In this document: piece by piece, positions 51,854 through 64,000 of the stretch | Layout of the letters: each line of letters opens with the position of its first letter | Numbering within the stretch: position 1 is the stretch's first letter | Source of the DNA: Lingula anatina | Taxonomy: Eukaryota; Animalia; Brachiopoda | DNA length: 64,000 nucleotides | Assembly: GCA_051362555.1 (NCBI GenBank) | Contig: CM120648.1 | Location: 1,651,721-1,715,720, forward strand | Direction: 5' to 3' | Made by a program: the position numbers and the translations under genes | The notes under the pieces: generated by a model | Database searches by the model: none | What the model was told of the DNA's origin: nothing | What the model saw: only the letters and a program-made list of their open reading frames with translations

Positions 51854-54800
51854 GCACACACAGACAGACACACACACTCAGACACACACACAGACACACA
51901 CACAGACACACACACACACACCAGACAAAAACAAAGAGAGACAGAATCATGGATGAAAGGCAAGTAAACAAGAAAAAAAAATTATTTGCCTGCCAGCATC
52001 CTACTAGTTTCAACAGTGCTTGGATAGCACAATATCACTGAAATCCAAAATCCCTTGCTATATGGCATGTCAATGCGTACTCTACTTACACTTTCATGGA
52101 AATAATACACGAAAAGAATGGTTTTAAGGGCATTTGGTTCTTTTCTATTAGATAGTCTTATTGAGGGAGAAAGAGAGACATCAAGAAATAAAATGAACAT
52201 AAAACAAAATTACCCTGTCAGCTTTAGTACTTGGCAAAGAGCACAAGGACATTTTCATTGCCACTTGGGAATAGAAATTGCCAGACATCTGTCATAATAC
52301 TCATTAATTTGTTGTATGTCTAGTCTCTGCAGAATTTTGAATGCTTTCATGGGTTTTGATTAAGTACTAGAAATGATGGTAAAAGCATGTTCCAATAAGT
52401 TCCAGCTTTAAGGTCAACTTTAACCATTTGGCAATTTCCCCAAAATTCATATTTTCTATAAAAAAAAAACTAAAATAAAAGTAATTGATGTTGATTGTTC
52501 CTTCTGAATATGTTGGCCAGTCATTCAGAACTTAAACAGTGTCTAAAAAATGGAATAAACATCCAATCTAAATGATGGGATGGGTCCAGCAGTGAGTTAG
52601 GAGTAAAAAAAAAGATGCTTTCTTCTTAAGGAAAATTTATTTTGGCGAGTAAATTCAATATGCGGAACCTTTATAGTTTGAAACTAACTGTAAGAATCTT
52701 GCCTTGGAGTGCAGTCCTTCTTAAAAAATATCTTAACTGCCCCCAGTTCTCATCAGTATACCACAGGCGCCATTCAGATCGAGAAGAGCCAAGTGCTAGC
52801 TAGTTCGCAACCTAAATATGGTGGATCTACACAAAAAGAAGACTGCTTAATCCTGTAATTATCGCTCTGCCTCTCACACGCCTCCCCGCGCGTCGAATCT
52901 CACCCATTTAAATTGTGCTGTGATTTAATTACTAGTACAGTGCCCCTGCAAGGACGACGCATGGGAAGTGGGCCTTAGGATACTGTAATTTAAAGCTTGA
53001 TAAAAATTTTATCACCCTGGCCTGTTTACACAGGAGGCATGTATAAACAATCTGTACAAAGTGAAAGTGATTAGAAATGTCTATTTATAAATATATATAG
53101 AGGGTGGGTATAAACAGTCTGTACATGTATGGTATAAGTTGGGCCAGCCCAACTTGAGTAGAAATGGGCCTCACGTAGATGTTTTAAAGCTCAAGAAAAC
53201 AGACAGGAGGAGACAACCAGACACATCTAAATTGATTTCTTTTTGTCATGCATCCTTGTGTGACAGAACACTTCAGTGGTGGAGAAAAGAGTAACAAAGG
53301 AGGCATCCTTCTTGTTTAATGGTCTCAAATGTTGACCTCTCACCCGAATAGTAGTTTGTACTTATGTGTGGAAGGGTGATGAATAGAGATATATAAGACA
53401 GAATGAAGAATGATTAATGGCCAATTTGGAAGATAGGAGGATTGGAGTGGGTGGCGGTTGGAATGGAGGACGAGAGTGTGTGTGTGTGTGTGTGTGTGTG
53501 TGGTTGCACACATGCAGGCGAGTAAAGAGTGGGAGGGTTAAAAAACAGAGAGAGAGAGAGACTTCTAGGGAGAAGGGACAGAAAACCATTTATGACATTT
53601 TAATTCTAGGTTTGGCATTTAAAGTACAATGATGTAATACCATAAATAACAAATAGATTTTTTATGTTAGTAGTGACTAGTTGTACGGACTTGAATTTGG
53701 GTTCTGGGGAAAAACATAAATTGATAATTGTACTTCACATCAGGATTAGAAAACAGTACAGCAGAATTAGAGCTCTCGTCAGAAAAAGTCAGGCTGCAGC
53801 AGTTTACAACATCCCTCTGATCTGAAACATTTGTTAGTGGGGTTGGAGGAGGGTTAATTTTTCATGATTTCCACACGTTCTTGTTATGATTTTATGAAAT
53901 ACAGGTCTGACAGAAACAGGCATTTCATTGGAAACATGATGAATGTATGGTGTACGTATTTTTCAAACTGATAACTTCTGTATATATTATTGCATTTAAC
54001 TCCAAGTTTTAGTGTGGATTTGTATATTTGTATGGTGTAATTGCACACACGGTTTATGTATAATCTGTTGATAGTGTGTATATTTCAGTATAGCTTCTTT
54101 GGACATAGCTATGTAGAAACTTTTTTAGTGCCAACTTATAAATGAGTTGTAAAAATTGTCAGAAAGCAGTCAAGAAATCAGTACTAGTATATACAAATTG
54201 ATGAGAAATTTCATTTTATTTTTACTGGTCCCACAAACTTTCCTATTGACTTAATCTTCCACCCCCCTGTCATTTTTTTTATTAAGTCACTTGCAATGGA
54301 GATAAATCTCTGTCAGTTTCACTTGTGACAATAAAAATAAGAAATTTGGAACTTGAAAATCATATTCATAATGGTTCATATATCAATTTTTTTCAGTCAG
54401 CAGTTCTACATAGGGTATTCATTCAGTTGGTTATTTAGGAGAAATGGCTTTAATTTCCAGGAAAAGTCAATTTTTTTTATATGGAGGTTTAATCCACATT
54501 GTATGTATGCCCTTCAAGTTTTAACTTAAAAGTAAAAGACCTGGTTTTGACGTAAGTTCCCTATGTGAAAGCAGGCCCAGATTTGAACAGGGGTTAAGGG
54601 TGCCTGGATCAGTCGTGTGCACAAGGTGTTTCTTTTTACAGCACCTGGGCCATTTCTTGTCAGTGATGCCCACATTATTGGCCCCGTAATAGTTGCACAC
54701 ACTTTAGTACTGAGTGCTACTCTTTTTTTTGGAAAAAAAAAATGAAAAGTAATTTATGTACTAGTACTACTGAAACAGTTGTGTAAATCAGATATGACTT

Positions 54801-54889
54801 TGGGACATCCCATGTGCGTACTAGCATAGTGTACTTTGAAGTGTGTGCTTGTGTGTGCATTTGTGTGTGTGTGCATGTATGTGTGCGTG

Positions 54890-54930
<41 letters not shown>

Positions 54931-54935
54931 ATTTG

Positions 54936-54969
<34 letters not shown>

Positions 54970-56368
54970 TGCATATTTATGTAATTGAAATGTAGTCTTC
55001 AGTTTATGCATGCGTGGATGTATTACTTTGATTTCTTGACAGTTTTTGTGTAAAATTTGTTTTAAAAGATATTTTAAAGTCAGTTTGCTTTAATTCAAGG
55101 TTTGCTTTGTGTGAATTTGTTACTGATTAATTGTAAAGCTTGAAAAAAGCATGGTTGTTGTATGTATGAATCATGACTTTTTACATATTTTCCAAGACCT
55201 TGTTTTTATGAGATTTTCAAAATAACTGTTTTTTTACCGATCCGTGTGTTATGTTTGTGCTTTGTTTTATGCTTGTTCTCCCCTTTCTCAGCATCTTACC
55301 AATACCAAGATGAGTTTCCCCCGCCTCCTCCCCCTCAGACCAATTTCTCCAGTCCGCAGCCGTTCTACAAACATTACGAAACCACACCGCAGGATGATTT
55401 CCCTCCCCCGCCCCCTGTCGTACAGGATTACGGTGGAACAGAGAGCGTGAATGACACGAAGAAACCTTACGAAGCGCATGCAGTGCCTCAACCTGCTTCG
55501 TATCAGCAGACGACGACAACAAGGCCTACGTACACTGCATCTAGCACATATGCAGGTGTGACAAATGAGTCTTTTCTTGATTTGGTATTGCTTGAAAATT
55601 ATTTTTGTTTAATTTAAAGGATTGATTGAGATGCTGAACAGCCTATTTGAAGATATTTTCATTGTTTATATTGCATGTTTGCCAATGTGCATTGGTTGTT
55701 GTCAGGTTGAATAAGCAATTAAATTTTTTTCTTTGTGAATCTTCCCTCTTAATATTTAAAGTAAAAAGATTTATTTTGACACTGTGTTGAAGGGCGATTT
55801 ATACTGCTCTCTGTCTTGAACTGATTTCAGCTTATACATGCATTTGTATATGTGATTTTTATCTGTCTGGTTTTAAAGGGCAAGTCTTGCAGTTTCAGTT
55901 TGTACATCTTGCTAAGAATTATGAATTTTGAATGCACGGCGTACATGAATACATGTTGCATGGCTTTGCAGTGGTTGTGGTGATACAAAGCTCATGTCTC
56001 TGTGTGGGAATTAGCTTATAAATCCTTATATTTCTTGTGCCCTCTCCATCTGTTCCTCTCTCTCCAATATGGCGTGCTTGATTAGATAAATTAGGGGGAG
56101 GGAGGGGGTCTCCTTTTTAGCAGCCTCTGATCCTATGACTGGCCTAAGGGGGATTGAGGGGTTCTCTTCACTTTTTAAGATTCTCAGATTATATGTTTGG
56201 TTTTTCGAAATCACCATAATGTATTTTGGTTTCACATTCATTGTAAAGATTTTTTCTGTGTTTATCTACAGGAGCTGCAGGTCCAGTTTTAGATGGCAGA
56301 AGTCCTTTCAGCTCTGGGTCTGTGTCCCCCAGCTACCCTGCTTCCTCCTACAGCTCATATAGGTACGA

Positions 56369-56408
<40 letters not shown>

Positions 56409-59400
56409 GAATATAATCAAGTGTATGGTTTTCACTTACAGTTCAAACTGATAGTACATTTCTTCTTCTTCTTCTTCTTATTATTATTATAGGAGAAAAT
56501 GCATTGGTCACCTCTTGTTTTGTAAAAAAAAACTTGCTAATCTTTTTTAAGGCATGGCCTACTTTGCAAATGTTTAGCTCGGCTAAATTTCTTTGTATTT
56601 TTTGCTGTATCCGTGGTCAGGGCCCCTTGACTCCATTTTGGTTTATATCAGGATAAATATGTAGTTATAAATAAATAAATAAATAGATTAATTAATTAAT
56701 TAAAAATTAAAAGATACTATTCTCAGTAAGTTGAAAAGTGGACTGCTACATCCAAATATTAGATGTACATTTATATACAGTAGTGCAGAGTATTTAATAC
56801 TAATAAAGTTTAAACTGGTTTCATTGCAAGTCCTTTTGTAAAACTGATCCCTGATTTTCCCCTGCCGTGGATAATAAAACTGGGCACGGATTGGCCCCAG
56901 CTATGGATAATTAACCTGGACACTGATTGGCCCCAGCTAAGGATAATTAGATGTAGCGGCAGCTGTGTTTTACTTGGAATCTGAATATGATCAGGGCAAC
57001 ATGACACATTGATTTTTAGTTGTGTTTGATACAGAAGCTGTTGAAAATTTTCTATACAGTATCATTCAAGCAGCAAGGGCAGGGCTGGTAAGTCAGTGTC
57101 ATAAAAATGGTCTAAAGTGTGGGTTAGTCTGAACTTAGACTGCTTAGAAACTTAGCCAGCTAAGTTGTGTTTCACATAGACTAGTATCTTCAGTTGCCTT
57201 TTACACAAAAGAATTTTTGTCCCAAATTTTGATCTAAACTTAAATTTAAGCCTATTTTGACTCAAGACTAATCTGTTGTAGTCTCCCCTCTACCAGGGTT
57301 GCAGATTGATTTTTTACTAGATGTTATTCTGGCTATGTCTGTGCACAAATCTGTTCAGAATCTGAGATTGAGCAAAAATTTTTGTAAAAACCTAAAGTCA
57401 ACACTCAGCTCTCCTCTGTTAGAGAGTAGTCTTAGTAGGCCACTTGAAATATTTTGCCCAATTTATGAAAAAAAAATGGGTAATGATTTAGACCAATAGT
57501 GCCATTCTTATTTTCAGTGATAGTTATAGTGATGTTGAAATTGGACATACAAATAAGCTCAATTTTCATTTGTTATCGTAGGTCTACCCCCCAGAGTTAC
57601 GAGGACCACTACGCTTCAGATCCACCTCCGCCAGTGCACCCTGGTGGCAGTAATTATTCACAGCCACTGAGAGCTGAACCAGCAAAGACAGGGAGCGAGG
57701 CAGAAGTTGATGCTTTGACCAATTTGTTAGTCAAGAGCATGGAGGCTTCGTCAGATCCAGATTTTTTTGGTGATTGCTTTTTGGGTACTTTATTGGTAGA
57801 TAGTAAAAAGAGAGAGAGATGTAACATTTTTAGAATAGCAGCAGCTATAGAGTAAATATTTCTTAAAGTCTTTGAGTAATACAATTTCATTTTGAATAAC
57901 CACAGGAGAGTTACTCACCTGCGTTATGTCATGCAGTGAGTAAAAATTCCCAGACAATTTTCAGCTGTTGACAAATCTATATGAGGTCTAGGCAAAACCA
58001 TCAAATGAATAGGAATTCAAAGATGTAAGGATCTAAGTATCATGAATATTTTCTCAGTGTTACTTTTACATATCCAGTGAAACAGTTTTTCTTATGCTAG
58101 ACCCAAATGCACATGTGCAGTAGACCACAAAAAACAAATAAATTTTTTATCATGTCCTTCACATAAAACATACCAGAGTTGACAAAAAATGATCTCTTTT
58201 GTTGAGGGAGGAATTGGTGTTAATTTTCTGTATCTTGTTCCAGGAATGTGTGCCAAATGTAAGGAGAAGGTCAGTGGTGCTGATAATGGCTGCACTGCGA
58301 TGGAGCAGGTCTTTCATATTGGGTGCTTCACCTGCGCCACCTGTGGTAAGTGAGTTCAGATCACCTGCGCCACTTGTGGTAAGTGAGTTCAGATCACCTG
58401 CACCACCTGTGGTAAGCAGGGCTCACATAGCCTTGGCAAGTGCCTGAATTCAGCCCTCCATCTTAAATTCAGTTTGTGGCTTTTAAAAGTACTTGAAATT
58501 GCTTTTAGCATTTAAAGGGCTTATTTTCCATCACATTTGTCCTTGAAAAGTACTAGTACTTGAATTTAATCAGTGAGCAATTTTTCAAAGTAATATCAAT
58601 TCTTGTCATTTTCACATAAATATTGTTGCACTGAGAACAATCTCATTTTATTTTTAGGAGCCAAACTTAGGGGTCAACCTTTCTATGCAATGGAGGCCAA
58701 GCCTTATTGTGAAGGATGTTACATGGTATGTTGAAACATTACTGTAAAGCTGCATTCTGATAGGATTGTACCAAAACTGATCCCTTTCTTTAATTGTTTG
58801 GATCAAAGAGATATTTAGAACATTTGGAAATAAGATAAAGTAGGGAAAAAAGAAAAGATTGGAAAAGATGATGTAAAGCTTTGAGTTTAGAGCTAAAAGT
58901 TTACACGGTGGTCCAGGACACTGTTTTGAAACATTTATTTATCATAATCTGAATTTCAGAACACCTTAGAGAAATGTTCAGTTTGTTCAAAAGCAATTAC
59001 ACACAGGGTAAGTGTTGTCTTTTTGATCTTCCTTAAACATTATTTAGATAGATGAATCACCAAAGAATAATCAAGAAATAAGAATGAAATTGACTTAAAT
59101 AAATAATACATTGATCAGATTTAATTCTCAGAATTTACCTTTCTAACATCTTTTATTCATATTTTTACATGAAATATCATTTTCTACCAAAATTACTTAT
59201 TTATCCTCTTCGAGCATACCTGAATGATAATGGATACCTGTATGTGACTTCTTGACTTGCATAATCCATTGCAATGTGACACGGGAAGCTTGTCTATAAA
59301 AAAAATGAGTAAAAAAATGAGTAAAAAAGGATGATGGCAAGAAAGTGGATTTTTTTATTAGCGTCTCTCACTGTTGAAGTCAAACTTTGCTTCTGTGGGT

Positions 59401-60384
59401 ATCAGCAACTCTCTTCAGATGTTATGGTACAATCTACAAACCACTTGCAACACTTCAAATTGGGAGTTCTTCACATCTTTTGTGATATGTCATCAATTGA
59501 GTATTTGAACTCGTATTGCAGATCCTCCGGGCCACAGGGAAGCCTTACCATCCCGAGTGCTTCACGTGTGTGGTGTGCAATAAGAGCCTTGACGGCATTC
59601 CTTTCACTGTAGATGCCACCAATCAGATACACTGTATTGAGGACTTCCACAGGTAGTTACTGGCTGAAATGTGTTAGTTGAGAAAACTTTCCGCGTACTT
59701 TGGTGCTTACTGTGTTGCGACTTAGCTGTGATATTTCACCTGTTGTGATTTTTCATTTTTGCAGTAGCGAAACTTGTTCTCGTTTCAGAAAATTTGCCCC
59801 TCGTTGCTGCGTGTGCCAGCAGCCTATAATGCCGGACAACGGCCAGGAGGAGACGGTCCGTATTGTCGCCATGGACAAAAGCTTTCATGTCAACTGCTAC
59901 AGATGTGAGGTAAGACTGGTGACTTATTCCACAACTTTTCAGGTTACCACAGGGGGATTATTCCTTTAAATTACAATTGCTGAATCACCATGGTACACCA
60001 GGTCCAAAACCATTAACAAATATAGATATATTTTCAAGTTCTGTGTTTCCAATTTTTAAGTCACTTTGGTAACAAGACTAGCAAATTTTACTCCTAAAGG
60101 TGTAGATTAAAACTTAGTATTCAAATTTAGTCCCGACCTGTCCCATATATTATTGCATGAAAATTGACAAAATGACTTATTTTTTGCATCTTTATTTTCT
60201 GCTTTTTGACCGTACATATGACAGCTTTGCTGCCTTGTTTTTTTCCCCTCAGGACTGTGGACTGATCCTGTCCTCGGAGGCTGAAGGACGCGGCTGTTAC
60301 CCACTGGATGATCACCTCCTATGCAAGAACTGCAATGCTCTTCAGATACAGGCCATGACTTCCAAGATGACAACTGAATTATAA
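50447..60384 (+). CDS. LPP: LPP/zyxin/TRIP6-family protein with FPPPP motifs and three C-terminal LIM domains
   Basis: Exons: 50447-50600, 55292-55555, 56272-56362, 57582-57769, 58244-58345, 58658-58725, 58960-59007, 59522-59652, 59789-59909, 60253-60384. Features: [16 protein letters not shown] and DFPPPPP (EVH1-binding type), NES-like [16 protein letters not shown] domains [28 protein letters not shown] and [22 protein letters not shown], and a C-terminal class I PDZ motif TTEL. Extra exons in the 4.7-kb first coding intron cannot be excluded. Confidence 0.9.
51814..51921. repeat. Interrupted (CA)n microsatellite
   Basis: CA run with CAGA interruptions in an LPP intron. Confidence 0.9.
54841..54967. 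repeat. Interrupted (GT)n microsatellite
   Basis: TG run with GCAT interruptions in an LPP intron. Confidence 0.9.
56868..56950. repeat. 36-bp tandem repeat, about 2.3 copies
   Basis: TGGATAAT..AACTGG.CAC.GATTGGCCCCAGCTA at 56868 and 56904, partial copy at 56941. Confidence 0.75.
58328..58416 (+). repeat. 33-bp tandem repeat (about 2.7 copies) spanning an exon end and splice donor of the LPP-like gene
   Basis: TCACCTGCGCCACCTGTGGTAAGTGAGTTCAGA starts at 58328, 58361 and 58394. Confidence 0.92.
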
Positions 60385-60712
60385 CTGACCGCTGAGTTCT
60401 TATTTGGTCTGGTCGGATATTGTCATCTGCCTGGATGGCTGTCAAGTTTGTCCTGTATGTTATTACCGACCACTGAGTTATAGTTTGGTCAGATATTGTC
60501 ATCTGCCTGGATGGATGTCCTGTTTGTCCTGTATGTTATTACTGACCACTGAGTTATAGTTTGGTCAGATATTGTCATCTGCCTGGATGGCTGTCAAGTT
60601 TGTCCTGTATGTTATTACTGACCACTGAGTTATAGTTTGGTCAGATATTGTCATGTGCATGGATGGATGTCCAGTTTATCATTACTGACCACTGACATTT
60701 AACTTGGTCAAG
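60384..60712 (+). repeat. 76-bp tandem repeat (about 4.3 copies) starting at the LPP stop codon, in the 3' UTR
   Basis: ACTGACCACTGAGTTATAGTTTGGTCAGATATTGTCATCTGCCTGGATGG... starts at 60384 (variant), 60465, 60541, 60617 and about 60684. Confidence 0.93.
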
Positions 60713-63700
60713 TTGTCTGAAATGTCCTGGACATCCTGGTTGAACACTTATTTGTCACATGAGTTCAGCATACTTATTTATATGTATCCTCTGCTTTTAT
60801 AGATTTAAGCCAGTTTTTAAAATATTGGTCATGACAGATTTCCGATGAGGTCATATAAAGGCACAGCTACTTCTTGTGTGAAACTGTCTGTAACCATGAT
60901 TTAAGTCGGTATTTATGACTTTTTATTATTTATTTATTTTTAACTGGTCCTTACTAGGGCATAATTTAGTTTTATATAGGATGTGTAGATGACCGGTGGC
61001 CAAAATCTGTCCATGATCTCCATGATTTGAGGCCAGTTTTATAGATAACTGTACATGAGATAGAGTTAAGTGTTACACAAGTGTTGATATTTTTCAGAGA
61101 AACAAGCACTGTGAAAGGTACGTTTTTTTTAAACTGAGGTTTCTTTTTCGTGCACTATAGGGTGCAAAAATGATCATCAAGTTCTTGTATGGTCACAGCA
61201 ATTGCTCCATACTGTGGATGTTGCATAAGTTAGTTCTATCTGCCTGAGATTTTTTTTTCATAACATTCAAATTCTTTGCTATGAAAAACACAAAAGAAGC
61301 TTTTTATTATTATTTTTTAAGGCCTTTGTCTTAACCAGGTAAGACCAAGAAAATTTTTGAGATTTTTAGACAGTTCTTACAATTTACAATTTTTAGAAGA
61401 TCTTACTCGTAGCTAATATTGCTCGGTGAAATTTGAGCATTCTTATTGTGCAAACTAACTGTGATGTCAAATGGAGTAAAGGGCGGGATTTAAAACTGTT
61501 TTAACAAAACTCTTTCTTAAAAGTAGTTAAGGCCTATTATTGCTGTTGAAATATGACATAGTTGGCGTGTTTTCAATCTGATAACTAGGTTGACCTATCT
61601 CGGTGTGAAGCTTTCTGCAGTCAGTCAAAGTACCCATAAACTCTGACTAAGATATTGGTCTAAAACTAAACCTAATTTGGGGCTTAAGTTCTTTTGTGCA
61701 AGACGTACCAGAAGTTACACAGGGATAACTGACAACCTACTGGGCTGTCTGTAATAAGAATACAGATGGTTTATTAAAGGGAAATGTTGTGTATTGCCTG
61801 AATCATGAAAATACTATTTTTAGTGTAGTGAGATGAATGATTAAGTAGCATTTCATCTTTCAGAGTATTTAGTTAACTTGTTTTAAACTTCTGCAGATAA
61901 AACTGATTGCATATGTTCGGTGGAAACCCTTCATAGTGATCAGTTACAACGCTTTGATGACAGCAAGAGAGTTAGTTTCTATGCTCTGAAACTCAAGGGG
62001 AGGGGGGGGGGGAAGTTGCTGTAGGAGAGGATATTACTATGATGCAGATTTGAAATTGTGCCATATTTATTATTAGCGAAATATTTATTTGCTAAGTATT
62101 GGTGAAGCAAGCATTATTATTAGATTGAATGTTTGGATAAAATGTAGTGCTTTAGGGATCGATTTTTTAAAATTGGGGGTGGGGGAGGGGTGTTGCACAG
62201 GGGACATTTCTTATGATAACTTCATGATAAAACATAAGTTAAGGTAAAAATATTTATCATTGCAAGTATATTATTAGCAGAGGTGGGAGTTTTCCTTTTA
62301 TTGAAGATGGTTTTCTCCTTTTTATATGGAAAAGATTACTTTGCAAATGTGCTGGATTTTATATCAAATAATGTTAAACTGGAATTATACCTTGGATATT
62401 TTCAGATTTTTCTCTTCATTTGAGAACATTTCTTGAATGTTCAGTCCTTAAAATAACTTCAGGTTTCTGCTGTCTAAAATTGTTGATTTGCTTCATTCTT
62501 GTTCATTTTAAAAAATGTTTTAGGATAAGGCATAAGGCAGAGTATATCCAATAATGTATCAAACCCAGTGACTTATTTTGTCTAGTCAGTATTGTATTGG
62601 AAAGATAAGCAGTCTGTACGGGCACTTACTATACTGAACAAAATTGGGAAAGAGAATTTGTACAAATATAAATGACAAATTTATTTATTTAGTCAAAGGA
62701 GAAATTGTTCAAATTTTATGGTTAAGGATCACAGTTACATATTATGGACATGGTATTGGCTTTAATGGCAAACAAGTAGTGAAGGAGAAACCAGGGTCCA
62801 AAAAAACATTAAATGGGAGGGGGGGTGGGGGGGGGGGTGATTATTAGCACACAGACTCATGTCTAGACCAAACTGGAGGAAAATGGTTGTAATCTGATTA
62901 TTCAATGACTTTGGTAATTTTTGATGTTAAAATAAAAAAGTCTAGCCTATTTGAAAGAGTCAGTACACAGTTTGTTTATACCTGGTAAGCCGTCATTGTA
63001 TATTAAACACATCTGCATAAATATTATAATCCCTTCAATTGAATTAATTTTCATGTATCATGCTTTAACACACATACACACACACACACCCTTATGCATA
63101 TATATAGAAGTGATTTTTTTTTCTGCTTCTCAGTTGCTCATGTAGAATATAGGACTTGCCAAACTAAATTGCTTGATGGTTCCTAGTTTACTCTAGGCTT
63201 GTGATGGGTGCAGATAAATTCTATGCCATATGTACAATGAATTAGGTAGCTATAAAATTTGTAATGAAATATGTTCCTGGATAGTGCATAGCAACCCTAC
63301 CTCTTACTGAAACAGTAGTAAAAGTGTATTAGGCAGGAACTACATTATGCAATCTTTTTTAGCCCAGTATGGGAAAATAATATAAAATCATCAATAGAGA
63401 TTTTGCAGGATTGGGAAGAGAGTGGGGTCAGAAATAATGGCAGACAGAATTTATCCATGGATAATATTTTTATTTTCATTTCTATTAAGTTCTGCCAGAG
63501 GGCAGTCTGTTGCACAACAGTGATTTTACCATGCTTGCAGGATTTTTAGGTGTATTTGGCACTGAAATGTCACTGAAGTAAGTTCAGTCAAAATGGAATC
63601 CTTTTCCTTATAATCTGGGATTCACGGCAGCTTTGTATAGTCATGGCTTGCATTACTGTCATATTATAGCAATAAGGTGTGGTCACATTTAGACAATATT

Positions 63701-64000
63701 TTCCACAATTTTATTAAAATACCCTATCACAGTATGTACATAAGGCACATTTTATACCTTACATAAGGGCACACAATGCTTTACTCCAATACAGCTAGCA
63801 TACATTGGGTCAAAGTTGGTGGTTTACATGAAGACTAAAATTGTCAGTTCGGTGAAAGACTCATTATGTTATTCTTTGAATAACTTGAAGCCACTGGCTG
63901 CAATTTTACATGTTAGCGCGAGAGCAGTATTGTGTTCCAACTGCTGAGCAGTTGATCTCCTTAGAATAGTTTAGTTATGCAGTGCTGCCCCCAGTGGTGA

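Noticed and set aside
51693-55011. His/Thr-rich and Cys/Val-rich ORFs
   Set aside because: These are translations of CA/GT microsatellites in an LPP intron.
57100-57450. Possible MITE related to 61620-61710
   Set aside because: Only patchy similarity around CACAAAAGAA..CCCAAATT, with no definable TIRs or TSD.
60384-60712. CRISPR array or SECIS-type element
   Set aside because: There are no unique spacers, the LPP CDS needs no in-frame TGA, and no convincing SECIS core was seen.

Overview
This is AT-rich, intron-rich animal genomic DNA, most likely from a marine invertebrate; the species cannot be fixed from the sequence. Five protein-coding genes were reconstructed by hand from GT/AG boundaries and exon phase. 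(1) The giant terminal exon of a PRDM2/RIZ-like C2H2 zinc-finger gene (+, to 5107). (2) A 24-exon SVEP1/polydom-like secreted protein (-, 6790-22633) that stops right after its pentraxin domain. (3) A divergently transcribed 19-exon secreted EGF-array/sushi/HYR protein (+, 26129-38085) that shares a HYR-HYR-sushi-linker block with gene 2. (4) A 2-exon ETH-receptor-like neuropeptide GPCR (-, 40770-42213). (5) An LPP/zyxin-family triple-LIM gene (+, 50447-60384). Introns and intergenic DNA hold several MITEs with readable TIRs and TSDs, a tRNA-derived element split by a Ginger1-like MITE, minisatellites and microsatellites. The most unusual points are in the LPP gene, where 3' tandem repeats re-encode its C-terminal TTEL-stop motif (in frame on stop readthrough) and a splice donor is triplicated, and in the head-to-head pair of truncated or shuffled polydom-like genes. 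There are no prokaryotic systems or CRISPR arrays. All family assignments rest on recalled motifs, not database searches.
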